From Podarcis erhardii (taxonomy: Eukaryota): a stretch of DNA of 64,000 nucleotides. The notes below the pieces were generated by a model. It saw only the letters and a program-made list of their open reading frames with translations, had not been told where the DNA came from and did not search any database. Each line of letters starts with the position of its first letter. Positions within the stretch are counted from its first letter, which is position 1. The stretch lies in NCBI GenBank assembly GCA_964252035.1, contig OZ176204.1. One strand, 5' to 3'. The translations under genes and the position numbers were made by a program. Positions 1 to 40,581 of this stretch are shown piece after piece.

Positions 1-339
1 GAACTGTAGTTCAGCGAAGGTGTGTGAGTCTGCTTTAACTATATGGTGAGTACGCAGCCCCAAACATCTCCATCCTCTGTCGAATCCGCTCTTCTCTCCT
101 GCCACTGAAGTTGGCACGCCAATGCCTACCTTCACTACTGAACTCTTCCACTTCACACCCCGCAAAAATGAGCGACATTCTCACAGCTGCATATATATGC
201 ATATGCATGCACACACAAACACGTATATATATAACAACAGGTTTTCCTTCTAACAATGCAGAAACAGTGTCACTAATACCCTAAGAGCGCAGCACCACAC
301 ATGCCTCGCGTCTTGCCAAACTTCTCCCCTTCTGCTACA

Positions 340-341
<2 letters not shown>

Positions 342-375
<34 letters not shown>
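342..375. repeat. (ATT)n microsatellite
   Basis: Direct reading. Confidence 0.95.
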
Positions 376-376
<1 letters not shown>

Positions 377-490
377 ATGTTGTTCTTCCCTCCCCGGCGT
401 GTCCTGCATTCCGCGGGAAAGCAAGCCAGGCCGCCTCTATGGTTTTCTCTTACTCCTAACTCCTCGTGGCGCTTCCCGACTACCACTCAC

Positions 491-660
491 TCCTACCTGC
501 AGCTCGCCAAGCACCAATCAGCAATGCCGCCGCCTTCCTTTCTCGTGCACATGGGCACCGCTTCTAACCCCGCCCCGCCGAGGACGCGTGGCTCTCCTCA
601 GCCAATGAAAGGCTGGCTTAGTCGCGTCGGTGCCCGCGTCGACGCAGGCCGCATGTATCT
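491..660 (-). other. Possible non-coding first exon of a divergent gene (SFXN2 expected by synteny only)
   Basis: Minus-strand donors CAG|GTAGGA (intron from 496) and GGA|GTGAGT (intron from 490) at the left edge of the island. No coding sequence is visible and the 5' end is a guess. Confidence 0.3.
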
Positions 661-688
661 GACGAGGGAGGAGGCTGGGTTCTTTGGA

Positions 689-712
689 GGGAGGGAGGGA
701 GGGAGGGAGGGG
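689..712 (+). repeat. (GGGA)6 G-quadruplex-forming tract in the promoter
   Basis: Six G-runs of at least 3 separated by single A. Confidence 0.7.
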
Positions 713-799
713 AGAGAATAGGGTAGTGGGCGGAGCTTGTGCGTCGAACTCGAGACGGACGTTCTACGTGGGAGGAATGCAGTGCGCGCGCATGACGCA

Positions 800-814
800 G
801 TTGCCCATGGTAAC
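800..814. promoter_or_regulatory. RFX X-box (ciliary gene promoter element)
   Basis: GTTGCC-CAT-GGTAAC matches GTNRCC(N0-3)RGYAAC and ends 17 nt before the ATG of a ciliary gene. Confidence 0.8.
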
Positions 815-831
815 CGGGAGCCGCGTAGAGG

Positions 832-29729
<28,898 letters not shown>

Positions 29730-30368
29730 ATGAACTGCGTTGCATGGAATTGGAGGGGCTGCAGGAGCCAAACACGCTAGCTGGCTGCTAGCATCTGACC
29801 AAATATTTTTCCATCTGTGTGCAGCTATAGCTGTTAGAAATGGGAACAGCAGCTAAGCCTACTGCCCAAATTCGAACTTTACCTTCTCTCTAGTATCATT
29901 TCCCTCCATATATGCATTTCTTCCCCCCGCCCCTACCCTATTTGGCATAAATAGTATTGAGAGTCTCCACATTCATCTGACTAAAGAATAAGATCTGAAA
30001 ACAGGAGCAGATTGAAGTCTGCCATAAAGACTTCCAATGGGTTCCGCAGAGTGTAGGATGATCATAGCAACGTGTACGGGAGCCTGCTTCAGTTCTGAAG
30101 TCACTCAGGATGCTCACCTGGTGCCACTCAAAGCTTTTCTCATCAGCAAATGAGCTGATGCTTTATTAGCATCTGTGCTTCAGTTTTAAAACAATACATT
30201 ACTTTGTAGAATGCTGGCAAGACACTCCTATGGCCTCATGAAGAGCCTTTATTATAGTGAGATATCCAGGTGTCTGCCCTTCCTTTCACAGAGATCTGCG
30301 TTGTAACTCAAGTTCTTAACAGTCTGAATGTTGAAAGCATCAGAGTGCTAGAGATGCTGTCATTATCA

Positions 30369-30374
30369 AATAAA
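30369..30374 (+). terminator. Candidate proximal poly(A) signal of ARL3
   Basis: AATAAA about 640 nt after the stop codon, with GU/U-rich sequence downstream (gtgttgcctttttggtt). Confidence 0.4.
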
Positions 30375-33073
30375 ACAGTGTCAGACTGCAGTGCAGTGTT
30401 GCCTTTTTGGTTAGTGTAAACAGACCAAGAGCTCTTTGACATTCAGTCTCGTTGCACTGTAAAAATCCCTCCATGAGGGTGGTGTTTAACAGCATATAGT
30501 GGTAGTCAGTTTAGTGCTCTTAAGCCTTAACTGCAGTGAACTGGTTAATTTAGGGGGTGTTGTTTTGAGAAGAGCTTTTGGTAGGCTGCACCTGCCATGT
30601 AGCAAATGTGCTTCTCCCAAGTAGTCCAGACAGTAATAGACTGAGATTAACAGGTTCAATGTCGTGACTCTATCCAAATGAGTTGTTGTGGGTGTATAGT
30701 CTGGGATTGCTTTTTTGTGAGTCTGCCCTGCTTCCTGCACTGTTAGTTTAGAACTACATTTCAGAACTATCTGTGCAGGAAGTAACAGTCTGGATGTGTT
30801 CAAAAAGAGATGTCCCTCACTTCAGGAAATACCCAACCAATTTAAGTTGCAATTTAGAGCGAAAGGTATAGATAAATCTCTGGCAAGAGAAGCATTCCTC
30901 TATCAGCCTTAGAAGAAAAGCCCAGAGTCTATAACTTCTTAAATACAGAATATTCGTTAGGAAAATGCATGAAGGATGCACTCTCCCCTTTGAGGGAATA
31001 GTCATATAGTATGATTGCGAAATCTCAGCATATCGCTACAACACCAGGAAATGACATAGGAGGCTGCTTCTCGCCTCTGGGTCATCTGCTAGATTTGTCC
31101 AAGTTCAAAGTAATTTGGCGAGGGCAGTCTTGCATGCAATGAATTTAGCACGCAGCATGCAGATTATAACCAGAGTATAGGGCAGAAAATGCCATGGCAA
31201 CTATAATGCCCTTTCTCATTCCTAGTGGGAGGGAGTAAACTTGCTTGCTAAACCTTGGGCAATGTGTATACATTGTGGAGAGCCAGAGCACAATAGCTGC
31301 TTTCAGACATTTCTTGACCATATAATCCACTGTCACTATATTGTCTTTTTTTGCTTATTCGTTATTAATCTAAAGAGAGTAATGGCAATAATTTCTAGTC
31401 CACCTCAACTTGGATTCTGTCTTGCTCTTAATTTGTGGTTTGCAACAGACATAAATTCTAGATTAGAGAAATTAAGTCTATATCCCACCTACTTCAACGG
31501 ATTTGTAAGGGTAATAAATCCATAAGCAAACATTACAACAATGAGCAATAATAAAATAAGGTACAGAAAACAATCCAAATCAATCCATTGAGAACCCCCA
31601 GGCGTGACAGCTAAAATACGTATTTGCACAAACTGCTAAAACATCACTAAGAGCAGATACTTCCTATTGCTTGCTTTCTATGTGGAAGTTGGGACATGCT
31701 GCAAATACAGATTTGTGTTTTAGAAAAGGCTTTCACTCTCTAGAGGTCCAGTGTGCAAAAGTGGCAGCAGAAATCTCTTCCTTTTTTTTTGCACTTGTAG
31801 GCCAATTTTAAAAGAAATTATGTCTGCAACTATTCAGTCCAAATGTTAGAGAGAGGCCTGTCTGCTCATGCCATAATGTCTGGAAGCATCTCCCTTAAAA
31901 TTCAACAAACCTAAGTCAGCCTGTTCAGTTCAGGAAGAAGTACATTTCCTTCAGTGTGCAGCAAGCTAACAAAGCACCCCCAATACTTCCTACCCAGTTG
32001 ACAAACTGTGAAGCAAACTGACCATGCTGCCTTCTCTGCTTCTATCTTTGAGCACAAAACACAGCTCTCTGTTATCTCAGACAATGAATGCAGATTGCCC
32101 AAGGGCTGTCCTGTTTCTCATCTCTTGCTAAGCATATTTTTTTGTTGAAAATGGGATCTCACTGGTACTGGTGCAGCTCACTGAGCCAAAAGGAACTACC
32201 ATGGTCCATCGACTTCAACAAGCAGCTATCATACCAGCATCAAGTTTGAATCATTTTGACCTAACTAGATTTTCTAAGAACTAGAAGACAGGGCTGACCC
32301 AGTGACCCCAGAGGCCAATATCCTGGCTCTGAATATGATCTCTGCCAGATGGATGCTTCGCAAATAAGTTGCAAAACATAGGACAGTTACAGAACAATCT
32401 CCCTCCTCTATTTCTAACAAATAGAAAAGACTGCCCTGAGCAGGCAAATTCGCAACTTCTAACTGTTTAGTTCACAGTTCTTAAAACCAAGCTTTATGGT
32501 TTTATCTAATCCTTTTAAAAAAATAATTTTATTCCAGCTCTGCTATTGGCTTTCACAATATCCCCGGTTCAGTTAGTTCTGCACTGAATGTAGTGTGTGA
32601 AAGGGTTTTTCTTTCATTTAAGTACAACAGCCACACTGACTCTTTGACAAGTTGTTTCGCTATATATATGGTACATGTTTCCTATCTGAATACTGTGCTA
32701 CATTTACAGGTAAGGCAGAATGGATGAAGTCTAGCCTTGAGAGACCAGAGTAGTATTGTTCATGTAACATACTAGAATGAAGAAGGCATGTTTCAGATGT
32801 GGTTTAATTACTTGTTTCTTTGATTAAATATAGCAGGGTTTGCTCTCTTTTTTACATACCAGATGATGTTCAGTTGCTATAAAAAGCCATAGCTGCAAAT
32901 GTTATCCATTACACCTTTTCCGTTCTCTCAATAGGGTACATCTGATTTTTTTGATTTTTTTTTTTAGTTCTTAGTTTTATTCTCTCTTTTTGACGTTCAT
33001 GAAAAGGGTGTGTGTGATGATAAGTTGGTAATGCTAAGCCTTGGTGTATATGTTTAGATGTTTGGCAAACTTG

Positions 33074-33079
33074 AATAAA
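33074..33079 (+). terminator. Candidate distal poly(A) signal of ARL3
   Basis: AATAAA followed about 25-40 nt later by the U-rich tract ttttgttttattt. Young repeats resume from about 33385. Confidence 0.5.
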
Positions 33080-33727
33080 ATTTAGTAGAAATGACGCCTT
33101 TACGATTTTGTTTTATTTCAGAATGAAGTCTTGATTTTCTTTTAAGGAACTCCATTTGAATAGTCTGTTTGAAACGGCTGTGCATATAATTCCTCCAGGA
33201 TGCTGTGATGTTCTGTCTATATACAGTTCATTTGAACATTTAACACTGTTTGTTGTTTCTGTATGCTTATGATTTTATAACCTAATGGCTCTCCTATTGA
33301 ATATATGTGATCTCTGGAAACTTGCTTCCCATGGATCCCTAGGTACTGAGAGTCACAAGATTTTTACCTATAGCAGGGATAGACAATGCAGTGCCCTCTA
33401 GATTTTATTGTACTATAACTCCCATGATCCCTAACCAATAGCCATGATAGCTGGGGCTGATGGGAGTTGTAGTCCAAGAACATATGGAGAGTACCAAATT
33501 GGTTTCTCCTGTTCTTCAGGTATCAGGTATCATATAATGCAAAGCGTAGGTAAGAAGTAAATCCCACTAAATCAGATATACTTGTTTTTCAGGATAAATG
33601 TTTAGTGTGCGCTACTGGGGGAGCCCAATCTCCAGGAGGCGATTGTGCCCCTCTTTCACTTGTCACTGCGTTGATTTCTTAGAACCTCATCTTTTGACAA
33701 TCTGATATAGCGTTGTACATGGGAGGC

Positions 33728-33905
33728 CAGGGAACACAGAGAGAGGCCTTATACAGAGGCAAATCTAGCTCAGTGTTGTCTATGCTGACTGGCAGCTGCT
33801 CTATGGTTTGAGGCAAGAAACATTCCCAGTTCTACCTGGTGATGCCAGGGATTGAATCTGGGACTTTCTGCATACAAAGCCAGTGCTCTACCACTGAGCT
33901 ATGGT
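33728..33905 (-). mobile_element. tRNA-derived SINE (Squam2-like)
   Basis: A/B-box head (ctaccactgagctatgg; gggattgaatctgggac) and a body shared with other copies. Confidence 0.75.
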
Positions 33906-33994
33906 TTGCTGTACAAGAACTACATGCAAAAAGACATGAATTTTTAAAGCCATGGCTGGGTTTCAGATTGGGCCACTGATGACATATATGCTAT

Positions 33995-34322
33995 GCTGGC
34001 GCTGTGGGTTAAACCACAGAGCCTAGGGCTTGCCGATCAGAAGGTTGGCGGTTCGAATCCCCGCGATGGGGTGAGCTCCTGTTGCTCAGTCCCTGCTCCT
34101 GCCAACCTAGCAGTTTGAAAGCACGTCAAAGGAGATAAATAGGTACTGCTCCGGCGGGAAGGTAAATGGCGTTTCTGTGTGCTGCTCTGGTTCGCCAGAA
34201 GCAGCTTAGTCACATGACCCGGAAGCTGTACACCGGCTCCCTCGGCCAATAAAGTGAGATGAGCACCGCAACCCCAGAGTCGGTCACAACTGGACCTAAT
34301 GGTCAGGGGTCCCTTTACTTTA
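33995..34322 (+). mobile_element. Sauria SINE (Squam1-type)
   Basis: ggcgctgtgggttaaacc...ggttcgaatcccc...ctagcagtttgaaagcac...gagatgagcaccgcaaccccagagtcgg...ccctttactttat. Confidence 0.92.
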
Positions 34323-34325
34323 TTA

Positions 34326-34668
34326 CAGTGCTGCCTCGCAAGACGAAAAGAATCCGTTCCGCGAGTCTCTTCGTCTAGCGGTTTTTTCGTCTTGCGAAGC
34401 AAGCCCATTGACGGCTTAGCGGATTAGCGCTATTAGCGCTTTTAGCGGCTTTTAGCAGCTTATCGGCTTAGCGGATAAGCAGATAAGCGGCTTAGTGGCT
34501 TAGAAAAGGGGGGGGAGGGGGAAAAACCCGCAGGAACTCGCAAGACATTTTCGTCTTGCGAAGCAAGCCCATAGGAAATTCGTTTTGCGAAGCACCTCCA
34601 AAACGGAAAACTCTTTTGTCTAGCGAGTTTTCCGTCTTGCGAGGCATTCGTCTTCCGGGGCACCACTG
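34326..34668. mobile_element. Tc1/mariner (Tigger-like) MITE, second family
   Basis: TIRs cagtgctgcctcgcaagacgaa/ttcgtcttccggggcaccactg with a TA TSD. Internal ttagcgg-like tandem repeats at about 34410-34503. Confidence 0.85.
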
Positions 34669-34672
34669 TATA

Positions 34673-34935
34673 TGGAAGGACAGATCCTGAAGCTGAGGCT
34701 CCAGTACTTTGGCCACCTCATGAGAAGAGAAGACTCCCTGGAAAAGACCCTGATGTTGGGAAAGATTGAGGGCACAAGGAGAAGGAGACGACAGAGCACG
34801 AGATGTTTGGACAGTGCTCTTGAAGCTACTAACATGAGTTTGACCAAGCTGCAGGAGGCAGTGGAAGACAGGAGTGCCTGGCATGCTCTGGTCCATGGGG
34901 TCACAAAGAGTTGGACACGACTAAACAACAACAAC
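34673..34935 (+). mobile_element. BovB (RTE) LINE 3' end
   Basis: QILKLRLQYFGHLMRREDSLEKTLMLGKIEGTRRRRRQ...; 3' end catggggtcacaaagagttggacacgact and a (CAA)n tail. Confidence 0.92.
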
Positions 34936-35081
34936 ATTATGCTATAGGAAATTTGTATCTCTTCTGTTATGATCCACCATTTAAAAATAGTGTTTTGTGA
35001 ATGACTACTTGTGCCACAATGTGGATAGTGATGCACATTTGAAGGTCTATCTCTCCCCCCCCCCCCCGCACTGAATGTATC

Positions 35082-35990
35082 ATTATTATTTATTAAATTT
35101 ATATACTGCCCTTCATCATAATATCTCAGGTCGGTTCACAGAATAAAATACAAGATAAAAACGCAAGTAAATAATTGCAACAAAGCAATAACCCTCCCTT
35201 CCCACAGACACATTTAAAAGGCTGTAGAATATTAATTGGTCAAAGGCCTGGTTGAAGAGGAACGTTTTCGCCTGGTGCCTAAAAATATATAATGAAGGCA
35301 CCAAGCAAACCTCCCTAGGGAGAGCATTGCACAAATGGGGAGCCACTACAGAAAAGGCCTGTTCTCTTGTTGCCACCCTCTGGACCCCAAGTGGAGGAGG
35401 CACGTAAAGATGGGCCTCAGATGATGAACAGAGTCCAGGACAGTTTATATGGAGAGAGGCGGTCCTTGAAGTCTTGCAGTCCTGAGCCATTTAAGGCTTT
35501 ATAGATCAAAACCAGCACTTTGGAATTGGGCCTGAAAGCTAACTGGCAGCCGGTGCTGTCAGGCCAGGATCAGTGTTATACGCTCCAACTCTCTTGTGCC
35601 AGTGAGCAACCTGGCCTCTGAATTCTGCAGCAGCTGGAGCTTCCGAACCATCTTCGGAGGCAGCCCCACATATGACACGTTGCACTGTGAACAGATGATC
35701 CTCACGCTTACATGCATATTTGGATGTGTGTTCAATGTACACATGTAGTGCTTTTTCCAGCATGTGATACACACGACAGCTTTCTTGTACAACCAGGCTC
35801 TCCCTAATTAGACTGGAGAACAGGTATGTCACAAGTTGCAGAGTTGGCAAACTGCATCTAAGGATGTCTTCTTCAAATCTCACCTCAGTCATAAATGGCT
35901 TGGTTTCCACCAGGTGCCTCACTGCTGCTTTCTCAGTGTGGGGGACAATAGTATTGACTGAGGTAAAGTATGTGAAGCACTTCAAACACT
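35082..35990 (-). mobile_element. Older L2-clade LINE fragment
   Basis: Minus frames give EQAFSVVAPHLCNALP and KMVRKLQLLQNSEARLLTG; tail at about 35082. Confidence 0.8.
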
Positions 35991-37604
35991 TCAAAATGTA
36001 ATATAAATGTTAACTATCACTAAGCTTTCCTCCTATTTTCCTCAGTTGTTTAAAATGTTTTTTATTATAACCACTCAGGGAAAAACACACACAAGTTTCA
36101 CAAATTCCCATAAACCCTATTTAGCATGGGCTTTTATCAGGAAGGTACAAGAATTTGCATTATTTTACAGGAAAACATGCAGGGCAAGAAGTGAAGAACA
36201 GTAAACTGAGCTATAAAAATATATCAGGACCATCTCCTTCACACATGCAACATCTGGCATGATGTCAAATGATGTCACTGGGGAAAATATTAGATGGCTC
36301 TACTTAATTTTTGGGGGGAGCGGGGTGGTATTTCTTCAATGTTTTATGTCAAACTAGCACATTCTTTCACTTCTAATTTTCCTAATGGATTGGATATGGA
36401 AAATGACCCTTTGGCAAACAAATGCCCTGGGAGTAGTTTAACTTGTCTTGGTGTTATTTATTGTTTGCTTCCAGGTTTCTGCATTTTCTTTTCCTGTTGC
36501 TTTTTCCCGTAGAATGCTGTGTAATTTACGAGGGGTTTGCTGTGTGACCTTGTTTGTGTGTCAGGTAGGGAGAATTACACCCAGAAGCTTTTACATTTAC
36601 ATGATAAATTGGGTGCTCTTAAAATGACAAGGATTTGGTCTGGCCCTGTATGTTCAAACTCAGGATCGAGGAAGAACCGAAGGTATGTTTTATTGCTGTG
36701 GTTGCTGATGCATCTCTATTGTTTGGACTGAAAAATTCTTGTACCCTTGACTAAGCCCTTCAATACAACATAAGACTGCATTACTGTCAGTTTCCATCCT
36801 TTCAAATCCACCTCCTAGCTGTTAGGTAGTGATTTCTGCAGTCTCGTTTCCCACATAGCTGCTTACTGCAAGCTACATAGCCAGGGACATTCTCTTGCAA
36901 TGGCCAAGCCTCCTTGACGGCTAAGTTATTGAACCAACCAAGTGAATGCTGCTGAGTAATGATTCCTCCACCCACTGCCTTCCAGAGTGGAAACATTTGC
37001 ATTTAAGACTTGATTTGGCTTGTAGTAAAATCACTCAATGACTGGACTTTGGGGGTGGGGGTGGGGAGTGAGAGAATATGAAGCCGTTAAGTGGTTTCCA
37101 GCACTATCAGGAAATCAAACTGTTGTAGATATACCATATATGCTACAGTTTAGTATAGGGTTCCCAAGGTGCAAACCAGAGAACACACAGATAATGTCTA
37201 TGAAGCAACAGGAGAAAAAGCATCTCCCCTGCACACCGTATGCTGTTGGGTGCTCCACTACCCTGCCTGCTGCAATGATCTCCTAGGACTCCAGGTACGC
37301 TGTGTAGCAAGCAGCTGGTGGTAATGGACAATAGGACTTGGGGGGGGGGGAGTGCCAAGAAGCCACGGCTGCCGCTTCTCTTGTTCATTAAGGAATTGAA
37401 AGTTACATGTTCTCAAAGTTGCAAACTGGCGTCCCTTTCAACCATGAGCCCTAGTGTACATGTTTGTACTAGGTGGAGATGATCTCTCTACAATTTTTAA
37501 AATACAAAGTGCTTCTCAGTATTATTTTATCTTAGGCTTACAAAATATAAAGAGTAACACACAATTTTGAGTTCTGACCTGTAAATGATGTGCTCATGTT
37601 TTGT

Positions 37605-37760
37605 TTGTTATTAAATTTGTAAATCGCCCCTCATCCAAAGATCACAGGGTGGTTCATAACATAAAAACACAAAATGAAAACATAATAAAACAAAAACAAA
37701 CCAATAACCCCCTCCCACAAGCACACTGAAGAGGCCATTGAATGTTAATAAGCCAAAGGC
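37605..37760 (-). mobile_element. L2 3' fragment
   Basis: Same end (ttcatccaaagatcacagggyggttca) as 41941. Confidence 0.7.
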
Positions 37761-40410
37761 CACTTTGCACTTCTCGAACCTGCATACATACTTCCTCTTC
37801 ACACTGCATTCCCTTCCCTTTTTTGCTGTTGAACAATGGATTGACCATGTTGCACAATAATGGCCAAGAGAAAGTGTAGCTACACTCAGTCAACATGACC
37901 CAGAGCCTCATCACAGTATCACCTTAGCATTCATCCTTTCCAGCCCTGAGGTTGCTAAATGGACGCATTGTCTAGTTCAAAATGCTCACTTTTTCCAAAG
38001 CCCAAATGATTGTCATTTCCAATGCCAATAATAATAATAATAATAAACCCTGCCAAAGTTATTGTGCCCGTTTAATAGCTACGTGACTCACAAATGCTGA
38101 ACTCTTCTAGTAGATGCAGAGCTGGATAAAGTTTTACCGATTGAATGTTTTGTGTGTTGTGCACATGTTAAAAGGCACGGCAGCTCAGGAATGATGCTGG
38201 CAACCTTTATCTGTGGTGGCAAACAGCTTAGTTCTCATGGACAAAAAAGCCACTGGGTTGCCATTGAGCAAAATCGACCATTGATTGGAATCCAGTGAAT
38301 GTTAGTGCCTTGGCAAGGATATGGCATGGTGTGCGCACTGATGTTGATTGGATCAGCAGAGGAGCATTATATGGGGAGGCAACTGCATACTAGAACTGGA
38401 CCAAACCTCTGAACATGCTGGAAGATAGCTCAACAACAGTAGTGGTCAGCAACTGCCATCTCTTCACAACTCCTTTCAAGATGCAGCAGGAGTGTTGAAG
38501 GACAAGGAAGCACCGAACGTGGGTATGTTCCTCCCTCCTCTTGCCCTCTGATATGGCTGCCTCCAAACAGGTGCAGGCTATGGGGAATTTAAGTTATGCC
38601 CAGCAGAGTGAGCATCTCCGCAGCTGGGCAAACAGGACCAAAGCTGTCTAGCCCCACAGCAGCTGTTTTGTTTTATACTCCCAACTGTAAATTTCAGAAA
38701 GTCACACCCACCATCTGTGAAGCAGAAGACAGCTGAGTGATAACTTAAAGTGCTGCAAGATGGAGGGGGATTAGCCAGAAAGCAAGTGAGGGGGAAATAC
38801 TGAATACTTTTATAAGTGGTGGTGTGGGGAGCAGAAGGAAGGAAGGGCTGATGTTCCTTTGATCTGTTTTGAAGCAAAAATTGCTACAGGCAGGATAATA
38901 TTAGTTTAAATGCTTTTTAAGCAAAGCTGTGGGACAGTACCAGCTTGAGCTGTCAGCTGTGCACCCCAGAAGCCATTCCTATCTTTGTTTTTTTGAAAAA
39001 AGAAAAGGTCTGGAAAGTAATGAGAAAGGAGGCAGTGGCTCTTTCCCCACCTGCTCCAGTGGCCCCTTTGTTCATTCTCCTCTCCAGCCTGTTGTAGCAA
39101 GCAGCACTTTGCTTTTGCAGCACAGTAACAGAGGAAAAGGGACAAAGGAGAGAACAGAATTTGAATTAAAAGTTATAGGCATGAACTTCAGTTGACAGAC
39201 TGTAGGCCAAATACAAGCACTGGTTTCTTCTCCTCTTAGGATTTCAAATAATTAAGTGCTGGGGTGCATCTTGATTTTTTCTTGCCTTGATACGTTACTC
39301 AAATAAAGACAATGGTGATGAAGACAGCAATTTCTAATTAGAAGTGTCATGAAGATATTCTAGCTGAGCCTCCTGCCACTGTAAATTGGGGCCACTTCTG
39401 GACTGCCACTGATTTGTGTGTGCAATTCGATTGCATACTGGGAAATGCAGGTTGCTGCACAATTAAAATGGGATTTGGTCTCTTGTGCAACAAACCCACC
39501 TTCAAAAATTAAATTGGCCTTTTGGCAGAAAGGAACGTGATGGGAAGATGCACTGGAAAGTGTGAGGTAATTGCTTGATGTGATGTCATATAACCCCTCC
39601 CCGATCAAATCTGAATGATGCTTAATAAATGGTGTTCTATAATCTCCCTGCAAACCTTGTCTAAACAAATGAGGGTGGATGCTGAATAATCTGAAAGAGG
39701 CTAGGATCCTCCACATGCAATATTTTCAATAAATTAGCCCACACAATACGAAGGCAGAGAGCAGGCCACAGCTAGGTGCCAGAATTACTTGCAGGACAAG
39801 TTTAATAAAATAAGATTCCTCAAGAAGGGAGCAGTCCCAAATTTCATAGGAGGAGAAGAAGAAAAGAGGCCCCCACCAATCTGATCTGGGGGGAATTTCT
39901 CTCCAATCCCAAATACAGTAATATGAACCTTTCCTAAGCATAAAAGCAAAACCTGTTGGCTGAGCCTCTGCCAACATTTTCTTAGCTGTTTAACATGTCC
40001 GCCCTACCCAATACCTCACCTCAAATTCCTGGCTTCAAGTGGTCATTACTTAGGCATCAGATTAAAACTCACCATGCATCTAGCTCACTTTAGAAACAAC
40101 CCCCTCCCCTCAAAAAAATGCTTTTTCTACCACAGATTTGGGAAAGTATTTAAAAGGTTTGTTCCTGTTCTTCCTTTGTGGATGATGGACTGTGCCTCCT
40201 CTCTTGGCATTAAATTACAGGCTGATTTACCAAACCATTTTTGAGACCACAAAAGGCACACCCACACCATACATTTAACACACATGTAAAGCATGTGACT
40301 TCCCCCAAAGAATCTTGGGAACTGTAGTCTACCCCTCACAGAGCTACAATTCCCAGCATCTTTAAACAGCTACAGCTCCTAGGATTCTTTCAAGGAATCC
40401 TTTAAATGTA

Positions 40411-40581
40411 CAGTGGTACCTCTGGTTACGTACTTAATTCGTTCCAGAGGTCCATTCTTAACCTGAAACTGTTCTTAACCTGAAGCACCACTTTAGCTGA
40501 AGCAAAGTTCTTAACTCAAGGTACTATTTCTGGGTTAGCGGAGTCTGTAACCTGAAGCGTATGTAACCCGAGGTACCACTA
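40411..40581. mobile_element. Tigger-like MITE nested at a TA inside an older palindromic element (about 40255-40590)
   Basis: TIR cagtggtacc.../...ggtaccacta. The host sequence tttaaatgta|tatggt is restored on removal. Confidence 0.85.

Larger units (their letters stand above)
29730..33100 (+). other. ARL3: Probable long ARL3 3'UTR
   Basis: Follows the stop codon, AT/U-rich, with no recognisable young repeat. AATAAA at 30369-30374, 31513-31518 and 33074-33079. The end point is inferred. Confidence 0.55.

Noticed and set aside
30452-32587. Three TGCACT-core miRNA seed matches (miR-130/301 and miR-148/152 types) at 30452, 31789 and 32580
   Set aside because: About one such 6-mer is expected by chance in 3.4 kb, so this is not meaningful without conservation data.
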